In this document: piece after piece, positions 37,650-46,296 of the stretch | Layout of the letters: every line of letters starts with the position of its first letter | Position numbering within the stretch: the stretch's first letter is position 1 | From: a virus | Lineage: Duplodnaviria; Heunggongvirae; Uroviricota; Caudoviricetes | Virus record (IMG/VR): IMGVR_UViG_3300035501_000524 | Length of the DNA stretch: 47,727 bases | Direction: 5' to 3' (one strand) | Translations under genes and position numbers: made by a program | Notes under the pieces: generated by a model | Told to the model about the DNA's origin: nothing | Seen by the model: only the letters and a program-made list of their open reading frames with translations | Databases searched by the model: none

Positions 37650-39789
37650 AATACAATCCTTTCTTTAAATAGTTGTAAAAATATTTCTTTTCCACAATCA
37701 ACTGGAGAGTCTTTATATCCAGTAATCATATTTTTATCAAAAATAAAAGAAATCGTTACATAATTTTTATATTTATTTCTTAATCTTATCAAATTACTTT
37801 TTAAATGCTGAAACTCTTTATCTCCAATCTCTTGAAACTGCCTATCAAAAGCAACTATAATTTCAGTTGCGCCAGCCCCAATTAATAATTCAATTTGATA
37901 AGAAGAAACACTTGAACCACAACATGCTACAGATATATCATTTTCTAAACCAAAATAACTTTTATATAGAAGTGTACTTTTTTCCATATGAATCTTGAAT
38001 TTCTTCAAGTACTGACTATCTCTTCCAATTATAAATATATAATTGCTGCCGTTTTGAGAATTGTATCAATAAATTCTCTACTTCCTTTACCGGAATAGTC
38101 GATACAGGCTTATTTGTTTTTCCAATAAACTCTTTTACTTATAGAACGAGATTTTGTTCTTAATGGATATATATATCCTTTTAATCTATAGGCTTTAGTT
38201 TTTCCACGATTAATATCCATTATAGTTGAAGATGAACAATTAAATTGCTTAGAAATTTCAATAAAAGTTTTATCATTCTTTAAAATTTCCTCATGGATTT
38301 TTTTACATTCTTCTTGAGAAAAACGTAATCCTTTTGTACCTTTCATATTTGAAGATCGAATAGGATAAATTAAATTATCTCTTTTCCTTCGTTTACCAGT
38401 ATTTATATTATAAATATGTGTCATTGAAATTCCTGTTTTATTCATTATATCATTGTAAGAATAACTTTCATCTTTCAACATTTCAATAACTATATCTATT
38501 TTATCTTCAGTAAATACTGGCCTAATTGGATTTGCGCCGCCAGTTGTTTGGTTATATCCATCATAATAAGTGTTATAATATGCAATCCAATATTTTTCTT
38601 TATCATTTAATTCTTCTTTTAAGAGATTTCTTTCTAAAATAATTAATTCGTATTCATCTTCTCCATATTTTCTAATTCCTCTGCTTAAAGGATAATTATA
38701 TTCTTTAAGTGAAATATCGAAAGGGTCATATTGTATATGTCTTTTATGCCTTTCTTTTAAATTTTCTGTTTGACCAACATATACAATTTTATTATTTGAT
38801 TTTTTTCTATAGGCATAAATAACATTGTCAATCATTTATAGTAAGACCTCCTTTTTTCATCTTTACTATGAAAAGAGATCCTTATTGTTTAAACAAATTT
38901 TCCCACGGGACCACCTTATTTTTCAATTTAGGCTCCCCCGTTAGCATATATACCATTTTTTTGGCGTATATATACCCCGCTGATAAACGGAAAAGCAGAC
39001 TAGGGCGAAACACTAACTTTTACCCTCAAAAATAATAGCTTTTTTAATTTGATTGATTTGATTTTTACTAAAATTAAAATTATACAGATTCATTCCAAGA
39101 GGATGATTATACATAATTCGATTAACTTTTAACGGGCGATATTTACCAAAAATATCAGCTTCTTCCTTACAAAGTGTTCGACCGCGCAATCCTACAAATC
39201 TTCCATCTTTATCAAAATGAGGAATTGTTATTTGATCGCCTCCTGGATAAAAACCAATTAAAGCTTGGTTAATGGCTTCCTGAGAAATTCCTTCTTTTAA
39301 CCAAGGCTCGATTTTTAAAGAATAATTAAATCTATCTAAGATTTCACTGTTGTATTCTTTTAGAATAACATTATCTTTCTTTTTTAAATCAATATCTTGA
39401 ATTCTTTTATAATTATCTAAATAGCTCCAATCCGCAAGTCCATTGTCATTCATTGAATCAACAACTTCGCCCATGATTCCGAATTTACCGGCAATCCATC
39501 TGACTGCATCGTTTAAATCAAATTCAATTTCATGCTGAATCTTTGCTATTTTCCTAGTTAATTCAAATATATCAAAATAACTATCACAACCAGTATAACA
39601 TCGAAATAATCCACTATTTTCATAATAATACAATTTTCGACTTCCTTCTCCTGGTTGATTATGACAAATTGTAGATGAAAGGATCCCGAATGATGTATAT
39701 TCAGGATCCCCTCCCCACTCTTGTAATAAATCAAAAATATTCTCAATAACTAAACTATCTCGAATTTCTGCTTTATCATAATTTATCAT
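37646..39789 (-). CDS. dnaG: DNA primase (Zn finger plus TOPRIM), spliced: complement(join 39022..39789, 37646..37984), 368 aa
   Basis: TICHN...FRCYTGC Zn finger; IPHFDKDGRFVGLRGR; splicing restores AIIFEG|EKS; IIVAFDRQ (TOPRIM Dx motif region). Confidence 0.9.
37985..39021 (-). ncRNA. Group I intron in the primase (1037 nt) carrying a homing endonuclease ORF
   Basis: 5' exon AGGGU pairs with IGS GCCCU; adjacent UUUC pairs with 3' exon GAAA (P10); terminal G at 37985; CUGUAUCGACUA / GAGAUAGUCAG (P7). Confidence 0.92.
38110..38835 (-). CDS. Intron-encoded GIY-YIG homing endonuclease with two HTH-like C-terminal modules
   Basis: VIYAYRKKSNNKIVYVGQT...ERHKRH...EKYWI...DGYNQT; GGAGGT RBS; stops immediately before the intron R element. 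Confidence 0.9.
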   Translation of the reverse strand: MIDNVIYAYRKKSNNKIVYVGQTENLKERHKRHIQYDPFDISLKEYNYPLSRGIRKYGEDEYELIILERNLLKEELNDKEKYWIAYYNTYYDGYNQTTGGANPIRPVFTEDKIDIVIEMLKDESYSYNDIMNKTGISMTHIYNINTGKRRKRDNLIYPIRSSNMKGTKGLRFSQEECKKIHEEILKNDKTFIEISKQFNCSSSTIMDINRGKTKAYRLKGYIYPLRTKSRSISKRVYWKNK

Positions 39790-39817
39790 TTATTCATCCT
39801 ATCTTTCTTAATAAGAT

Positions 39818-40081
39818 TTATCCGATGATAACTTTAACACATTTCTCTTTTAGACCAAACTGGTCATTTACAATCCAGCAGAGATAAGCCTGTGCATCCA
39901 TTCTTTCTTCAGCACCTTTTCTTCCTTTAAGATAATCTCTTGCGATTGCTTTAGGCATCTTATACTCACAAGCGCCAACCTTTTCACAAGTGTCTACTGG
40001 AGTAACTACCTGTTTGAAACCTACACCTTTAGTTTTCTTATTTACTTTGTTTGTTTTCTTTTTAGTTGTTTTCTCTGCCAT
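39818..40081 (-). CDS. Small basic hypothetical protein
   Basis: GAGGAG RBS; Lys-rich N-terminus. Confidence 0.75.
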   Translation of the reverse strand: MAEKTTKKKTNKVNKKTKGVGFKQVVTPVDTCEKVGACEYKMPKAIARDYLKGRKGAEERMDAQAYLCWIVNDQFGLKEKCVKVIIG

Positions 40082-40128
40082 AATAATTATCTCCTCTTAA
40101 TCTTTTTATTTAAAATTATTTAAGAAAT

Positions 40129-41658
40129 CTAAAATGCAGATTCCTCTTCAACAATAATTTTCACATTATCTATACTTACCATTTCATAAGCATATGTTGT
40201 ACAAAACATTGGAATTATTCTGCAACAGCCTAAATCAGCTTTGCACCATAAAATAACTCCTTTATATCTTCCTCGTCTGTTCTTATAAATAGACATTTTA
40301 ATTGTTGGTCTTTCAAATAAGTTTGTTGACAATATTGGATCAAGCGCTTCAAGATCTTCATCTTTAACATTTAAAAGAATTGAACCATAATCAACTTTAT
40401 CTGCGATAGCTTTTGCGCCTCGAAGTAAATTCTGATCTGGAGTCTTAGCATCTTGATAGTCGCCATTTAACTGCGTTGCTGACATAATAAAAATGCCATA
40501 TTTATTACATAAATCTTTCAATCGAGTTGATAACATAAACAAAATATTATCTTCTCTTAATTTGATTCCACCACTTCTTCTTGTGATTTCTTCAAGAATC
40601 TTCAAACTAGTATGAATATAATCGTGAAAAACATATTTAACATCATGGTCACGCAAATTTTTCTTAATTTTATCTTCAACGTCTTTTAAAGAAAAATCTG
40701 GAAGTTCTTCAATATATAAAGGACTTTCACTTAAAATTTGTGCGGCTTTCATTACGCGATCTTCTTCATCGCCTTCATATTCTCCATTAAGGATATGTTC
40801 TTCATTAACTGACGATAAAAATGCCAACATCATTGTTTGAATTTCTTCAAGTTCCTGCTCAGTTGTAATAAATAAAACTGGCTCGCAAGTTCCATTTTTA
40901 ATCCAACCAAAATTATCATCATAAATCTGATTACATGCAATATAACATGCATCCGCAATCATTGATCTAGTCTTACCAACTCCAGTAGCCGCAGATCTAA
41001 GATAAAACTTTTTTAATCTTGCGCCACGAGTAACTGTATTAATAAGAGGTCCATATAATGGAACTCCTACTTCTGGATGCTCTTTAAATTTTGCAATTAA
41101 ATCAAAAATTCCTTCTCCTGCTTGCGCAGCTTCTCCATCAACATCATCTACATATTTTAATCTAATTTCAGCAATTTTATTATCAACTTTATCAGCTATT
41201 TCTTCCAATGTAGAATTATCTAATTGATCCTCTTGGAGTTGCTTCTTTTTTACATCCAAAATATTATCTGGATCATATATATCAGAAACATCAACGCCAA
41301 AATTATCATATGCTCTTAACAGAGTCATTTTCTTTAAACGATTATAATAATAATCAAATGTTGCTTGAGTCGCTGAATCAGCTACTTTTAATAGCCATTC
41401 TTCTCCTTTTTGAGTCTGATATAAAGCTAAACTCTTTGGTCTTGTTGATAAAAAATCTGAAATTGTTTCAAGATGGATTTCATTTGCGCCTAATTCATGA
41501 ATCTTATAAATTGCCCCAAAAACTAATCTATGAAATTCATCTGGAAAATCTTCATCCACTATTGTGTATTTATCTGTAAAATCTAAAAGTTGAGGTCGAT
41601 TGAAAACACAACCAATAACTTGCATAATTGATGTAGAATCTACATACTTTGATGCCAT
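40129..41658 (-). CDS. dnaB: Replicative DnaB-like (SF4) helicase
   Basis: AATGVGKT Walker A, ITTEQ, FHDYIH, SATQLN, LRGAKAIADKVD, YKNRRG. Confidence 0.92.
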   Translation of the reverse strand: MASKYVDSTSIMQVIGCVFNRPQLLDFTDKYTIVDEDFPDEFHRLVFGAIYKIHELGANEIHLETISDFLSTRPKSLALYQTQKGEEWLLKVADSATQATFDYYYNRLKKMTLLRAYDNFGVDVSDIYDPDNILDVKKKQLQEDQLDNSTLEEIADKVDNKIAEIRLKYVDDVDGEAAQAGEGIFDLIAKFKEHPEVGVPLYGPLINTVTRGARLKKFYLRSAATGVGKTRSMIADACYIACNQIYDDNFGWIKNGTCEPVLFITTEQELEEIQTMMLAFLSSVNEEHILNGEYEGDEEDRVMKAAQILSESPLYIEELPDFSLKDVEDKIKKNLRDHDVKYVFHDYIHTSLKILEEITRRSGGIKLREDNILFMLSTRLKDLCNKYGIFIMSATQLNGDYQDAKTPDQNLLRGAKAIADKVDYGSILLNVKDEDLEALDPILSTNLFERPTIKMSIYKNRRGRYKGVILWCKADLGCCRIIPMFCTTYAYEMVSIDNVKIIVEEESAF

Positions 41659-42176
41659 TAAACTTCTTCCTCCTCATCTAAAAAAGAAAATAACTTTCTT
41701 TTTTTTACATTCTTTTGCGGTGAGGGAATAGAAATTACTTTTTCGTGAGGTACATAATCCTCTATCTTTATCTTATCATTCTTTTGTTGAGCTTCCCAAA
41801 TAGAATAATAATAATTGAAAGCATCCTTATAAACATAAGGAACAATACCTATACCGCCATTTGATTTTTCAATAGAATTGCCTTTTACCTCATGGAAATA
41901 AATTAAAGCTTTTTTAATACCTGAATATGAATAATGATAAGTTTCAATAAAAGTATTAATCTGTTTTCTTATCCTAGGACTTATATAGTCTTCTTTAAAT
42001 AACTGCATTATATAATTCTCTAATTCAAGCTTATCAGCTTCTTCTTTCTTTAATTTTTCTCCTTCAGTTTCAGCACATTCTTTATGTGCATATCGCATAT
42101 TTGATACTTTTATAGTTGGATATTTATCCCTATCAAACTTCTTTTTACAATATACACAGGTAACGATATGAGCCAT
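41658..42176 (-). CDS. Hypothetical replication-associated protein with an N-terminal Zn-binding motif
   Basis: CVYC...HKEC; 1-bp stop/start overlap with the helicase; own promoter. Confidence 0.7.
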   Translation of the reverse strand: MAHIVTCVYCKKKFDRDKYPTIKVSNMRYAHKECAETEGEKLKKEEADKLELENYIMQLFKEDYISPRIRKQINTFIETYHYSYSGIKKALIYFHEVKGNSIEKSNGGIGIVPYVYKDAFNYYYSIWEAQQKNDKIKIEDYVPHEKVISIPSPQKNVKKRKLFSFLDEEEEV

Positions 42177-42207
42177 TTAAGCACTCCTTTCTTTACCTTA
42201 TATAAAT

Positions 42208-42236
42208 ATTATACCATATTTTTTAATAAAAATCAA
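42208..42236 (-). promoter_or_regulatory. Sigma-A promoter (TTGATT-17-TATAAT, extended -10) for the helicase/primase operon
   Basis: Near-consensus boxes with 17-bp spacer; the -35 overlaps the terminator U-tract. Confidence 0.8.
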
Positions 42237-42261
42237 AAGAAGCGGAATTTCTTCCGCTTCT
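42228..42261 (-). terminator. Rho-independent terminator
   Basis: 10-bp stem AGAAGCGGAA/TTCCGCTTCT, GAAA loop, T-rich tail on the - strand. Confidence 0.85.
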
Positions 42262-42269
42262 AGTCTATA

Positions 42270-42368
42270 TGAACCTTAGGCTTTCGGATACATCTTTTCT
42301 CGACCTTCTGAATGACGATACTTGCACAGCGGTTCTCCTACTCACAGCCATTGCTACTTCTAAGGCTT
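42270..42368 (-). ncRNA. Candidate structured RNA in the 3' region of the Sak4-like gene
   Basis: Closing helix AGCCUUAG/CUAAGGUU; GCAA and GAAA loop-like segments; GC-richer than neighbouring intergenic DNA. Confidence 0.3.
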
Positions 42369-42371
42369 TAA

Positions 42372-43364
42372 TCAAAGTTTCTTAAGGTCAAAGAGAATCA
42401 TATCAAGCTGCGCAGCCTGCTCAGCAGTACAATCTCCAACTTTCTTACCTTTTCCCAGATATGTTTCTACAATCTGAGTGATCTTTGTAGAATTAGACTG
42501 ATTAGCAGCCATAAGCTTACCAACAAGTGTCTGAAATTCTTCCATCATTGCCGGAAAATCATATTCTGGAGCTTCTGAATGAATTGCTTCATCTCTAGAG
42601 TCTGTAATAAACTGCGCTCCATGATGTTTTTCCTCTTCATCAATCGCATCACTAATTGCTTTTACAAGATTTTCATATGTAAAATCAATTACTGGCGGAG
42701 TATATTTAAAACGAGATCCTGCAACAAATCTTGGAGTTCCTCTCATAAAAAGTTTTGTAGTAGAATTGCCATTTTCATCTTCTACTAAATGAGAATAACC
42801 AATAATATCACATGTTCTTTCACAAATTGTTCTTGCTTTATTATCAAGAGTTGGAACAATCTGATTATACTCAACACCTTTTTCATCTTTAAAAGTCTTA
42901 TCCTGAGAATGACTGATAAGAACTAGACCGTAATCCATTTGAAGGATTCTACGAATACATTCATCAAATTCATTCTGAGTTAATTTATATCCTTTTCCAT
43001 AAGGAATATCTGCAATATTCTCATATGAATCTTTTGCAGTAGATTCTCTACTACAAATATATTTTTCACAATATCCATAAGCAATATCAGCAGTATCAAT
43101 TACAACTGTTTGAAAAATTTCTTTTACTGCGGGATCCTTTAATTCAGAAAGAGCTTTCTTAAAATCTCCCCAGTTATTCATTGGTTTTGCCATGATGCCA
43201 GGAATTGCGCTATATCCTTTTTCAAATGCAAGTACAAGTGCGCCAGGGAATTTACTTGCAATAGTGGTTTTTCCAGATTTTGGCGTTCCATAGAACAAAA
43301 CTGAATATCCACGTAAATCTCGACTGACCTGATGTGGCTTAATATCTAGTAATGAATTTCCCAT
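42372..43364 (-). CDS. AAA_24 / Sak4-like recombination ATPase
   Basis: FYGTPKSGKTT Walker A, VVIDTAD Walker B, LISHS, ICERTCDIIGY, AGSRF; next to an SSB-like gene. Confidence 0.75.
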   Translation of the reverse strand: MGNSLLDIKPHQVSRDLRGYSVLFYGTPKSGKTTIASKFPGALVLAFEKGYSAIPGIMAKPMNNWGDFKKALSELKDPAVKEIFQTVVIDTADIAYGYCEKYICSRESTAKDSYENIADIPYGKGYKLTQNEFDECIRRILQMDYGLVLISHSQDKTFKDEKGVEYNQIVPTLDNKARTICERTCDIIGYSHLVEDENGNSTTKLFMRGTPRFVAGSRFKYTPPVIDFTYENLVKAISDAIDEEEKHHGAQFITDSRDEAIHSEAPEYDFPAMMEEFQTLVGKLMAANQSNSTKITQIVETYLGKGKKVGDCTAEQAAQLDMILFDLKKL

Positions 43365-43431
43365 GTTAAATAATCTCCTTTAATATATCTTTACTCTTAT
43401 TTTTTAATTAAATGTTTTATTAGTCAGTCAA

Positions 43432-43451
43432 TCTCCCCTTAATAGGGGAGA
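43432..43451. terminator. Intergenic hairpin (terminator-like)
   Basis: 8-bp stem TCTCCCCT/AGGGGAGA just after the SSB-like stop; weak U-tract. Confidence 0.45.
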
Positions 43452-43459
43452 ATGAATAA

Positions 43460-44395
43460 TTAGAAATTAAAAGCACCCTGTGCCGGAGCTGTCTGCGCAG
43501 TTGCCTGACCCTTAGAAGCTTTATACTCTTCCTGACGCTGTTTCAAAGCCGCAAGCATTGTCTCTCTATTCGCCATAGCTTCTGTTAATTCAGCAGCCGT
43601 AATTGTATCAGCTTCATCCCATAAATATGGAGTCTTTGCCGCACCAGTGATTACAAAATCTCTTCTCGTAGATTTGATCTCACGTACAACGTCATCACCA
43701 AATGCAGACTCTTCAGTTACTGTTCTTGTTGTAGTTCCAGATACCTGACGACCCCAAATCTTGGTAAATACCGGCTCTTTAGCAGAAGCGCCAAGTCCTT
43801 CAAAATAATCCATCGCGTTAGAATTTACTGCACTAAACTCTACTGGAAGAAGAGATCCTCTAAAATCGAAGATAGCTCCTTTAACTGCACATCTCTCTGG
43901 AATATTTCTTTCTTCATCTGCATCAAGTCTAACTACATTAGTAATTAACATATCAACATCAAAAGTGCTACGATTTTTTTCATCCTGGTCAAGTTCTGTG
44001 CAAGTATGAATAAAACCGCCTTCATTTCTTTTTGCACTTACAAGCTCCTCTTTACCATTACGATCAGAATAAAACTCATTAAGTCCAAGTGCAGAATCAA
44101 TACGAAGCTTAACTGCTTTATCAGCACCATGTTCCATTACAGAACAAAGCTTTCCATCAATAATATCCTTCAAAGTGGAAAAAGTTGCATTTGGATTACC
44201 TTTTGAAGTTGTTGCAGTTACATATGTATAATGAACAGGAACAATATTCTTAATTTTATCATCAGTTGCGATGCTTACTGTTCCCATAATGAACTCTGTT
44301 CCTGGATTCTTAGAATTTGGCCCAGAAACTCTTAATTCAAGTGCATGCTCATAAAGTAAGCCTTCGATGTGTGTTTTATTAATCATATTCTTCAT
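43460..44395 (-). CDS. Putative single-stranded DNA-binding protein
   Basis: Beta-rich body, flexible C-terminal tail ending AFNF, adjacent to the Sak4-like ATPase; call relies partly on context. Confidence 0.55.
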   Translation of the reverse strand: MKNMINKTHIEGLLYEHALELRVSGPNSKNPGTEFIMGTVSIATDDKIKNIVPVHYTYVTATTSKGNPNATFSTLKDIIDGKLCSVMEHGADKAVKLRIDSALGLNEFYSDRNGKEELVSAKRNEGGFIHTCTELDQDEKNRSTFDVDMLITNVVRLDADEERNIPERCAVKGAIFDFRGSLLPVEFSAVNSNAMDYFEGLGASAKEPVFTKIWGRQVSGTTTRTVTEESAFGDDVVREIKSTRRDFVITGAAKTPYLWDEADTITAAELTEAMANRETMLAALKQRQEEYKASKGQATAQTAPAQGAFNF

Positions 44396-44434
44396 AATTA
44401 TATATTCTCCTTTAGATTTAATATTTTTTATTTT

Positions 44435-44791
44435 TTATACAATTTCTACTGACTTTCCTAACTCTGTTAATGTATAAATAACTGGATCTTGACCTACTTT
44501 TTCAACATATCCATCAGTTACAAGTTTTCTGATCGCTCCAGACACTGCTCGAGAAGAGATAAATAATCCCTCTCCAATATCTTTTGCTTTTTGCATTGGA
44601 ATCTCAGAGACTGTATCCTGCATATATTTTAAAATAAGTTTACCATTGTCAGTAAACATTGGTTTTTCTACTTCTTCTTGACCTTTAAATGCTTCCCAAT
44701 AATTCCAAACATTGTCAGGTATATCTACTTTTTCAATATCTTTAAAAAGATATTCCTCTACATAATCAATAAATTCCTGCTTTTTACTCAT
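44435..44791 (-). CDS. Winged-helix DNA-binding protein
   Basis: AKDIGEGLFISSRAVSGAIRKLVTDGYVEK...YTLTELG wHTH pattern. Confidence 0.75.
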   Translation of the reverse strand: MSKKQEFIDYVEEYLFKDIEKVDIPDNVWNYWEAFKGQEEVEKPMFTDNGKLILKYMQDTVSEIPMQKAKDIGEGLFISSRAVSGAIRKLVTDGYVEKVGQDPVIYTLTELGKSVEIV

Positions 44792-44840
44792 TTATTTTAC
44801 TCACTTTCTATTAATTTGTTTTCTTTTAACTTATATATAT

Positions 44841-44869
44841 ATTATATCAATTTTAGTTTTAAAAATCAA
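44841..44869 (-). promoter_or_regulatory. Sigma-A promoter (TTGATT-17-TATAAT, extended -10)
   Basis: Near-consensus boxes with 17-bp spacer just after the thyX-like stop. Confidence 0.8.
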
Positions 44870-44870
44870 A

Positions 44871-46027
44871 TTAAGAATTTTTTGAGTCTGTTTGCTCATC
44901 AATAAAAATGAATTCAGCTGAGTAAGGAAGTTGTCTCGCAAATTTAATAAAACTTGGAGTTAAAAATTCTTCTCCATCACCAGACCATTCTGTTAATTTA
45001 TGGAAACGTCTTTGACTCTTAGAGCATATAGCCAAAAGGTTTTCATAATTCATTGTAACAGTTCTTGTTTGTAACCATGATTCTGGAAGCCAACGAACTA
45101 GTTCTTTCCAATAATGTTTATCTTTTGTTTCAAGATATTTTAAACGAATTTCCTCTAACCAATTTACAAAAACTGAAGCCGCATATCCAGAAGTGACTAT
45201 CATAGTAGGTTCAGTGCTATCTTCAATAATAACATCATGTAAATCATCTGTCTCAAAACAATCAAAAGTAATAGGTTTTGAAGTTAATTTATGCATGGTA
45301 CTTGTACTATTAGCTACAGTTCCCACTTTATATGTGTCAAATTCTTTCCCATCATTGGACTATCTTTTACTTATGATAAAAATCATAAGGATACCATTTC
45401 GGTTTTCATATGCTTCGTTTCCTAAAACATAGCTACGTATCAATAGTAACCCTACTTCCCTGCCCAGAAGGCTTAGGGAATAGTCTCTACAGGTTCAAAT
45501 ATTATTTTATAAATAATATAAGTTTCCCACGGGATTCCTATGGGTTAGGTTCCCCGTTAGCCACATAATGTGACCCTCGTTGATAAGCGAGAAAAGTATT
45601 TCATTGGCAGAAAAAATTTGATCTACCAATACAGAGGAGCTGTAATATCAACCGTCACAAAAATCTGACGTAAAAATTTTCTATGTTCTGGACCAGATTT
45701 AATAAGTGTTTGCGCGAGCCGCATATCGTCTGGACCAATAAAAGCTACATCAGCAACCATACTGGAATCATCCTTTTGGAGAATGCCATTTTTGATTAGC
45801 CATTGATCAATTTCATCAAAAGATTTTTCCGCTTCTTCACTGTAGGTTTCTGGATAATCTGGATATTTCTTTTTATTCCATATCTCAGCTATATCATAAT
45901 CATGTTCATCATCTTCAAGATTAATAAGCCCAAAAAAACTATCACTATTTGCCCAAGAATTTTTAGGATTACGCATACCTCTTAATGCGTATTGGAAATT
46001 ATATACTCTTATATTCTCAAATTTCAT
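44871..46027 (-). CDS. ThyX/Thy1-fold protein (divergent FAD-dependent thymidylate synthase-like), spliced: complement(join 45625..46027, 44871..45349), 293 aa
   Basis: Splicing restores DITAPLYW|WKEFDTYKVGTVANSTSTMHK; EHRKFLRQ and LPESWLQTRTVTMNYENL align with ThyX blocks; the RHR motif is absent. Confidence 0.7.
45350..45624 (-). ncRNA. ORF-less group I intron in the thyX-like gene (275 nt)
   Basis: 5' exon AUUGGU pairs with IGS GCCAAU; terminal G at 45350; CUGUAGAGACUA / AAGAUAGUCC (P7); GCUAACGGGGAACC...UCCCGUGGGAA. Confidence 0.92.
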
Positions 46028-46053
46028 GCTTTCTCTTGGCTAGATTTTTCTCC

Positions 46054-46296
46054 TTAGTCTAGCTTTTTCTCCTTTTTTAAATAAGTATATTTATTTATAG
46101 ACTCTTTTTGATTTGCTTTATTTCTTTCAACAAATCCATCTACATTAAATATTTGCTCAACTTTATCAACAGGATCATCATCACTCTCATTTTTTTCAAT
46201 TAAATTAAATAAATGATCAATCGCCACATATGCTTCAACTTTACTTTTGCACCTATGTAATACTTGACCATTTATTCCGATTTCTACTGTTATCAT
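46054..46296 (-). CDS. Hypothetical protein
   Basis: Start overlaps the upstream stop. Confidence 0.65.
   Translation of the reverse strand: MITVEIGINGQVLHRCKSKVEAYVAIDHLFNLIEKNESDDDPVDKVEQIFNVDGFVERNKANQKESINKYTYLKKEKKLD

Noticed and set aside
37646-38008. ORF MKKFKIHMEKS... and ORF 44871-45326 as independent genes
   Set aside because: They are second exons of the primase and thyX-like genes; their listed starts lie inside an intron or mid-exon
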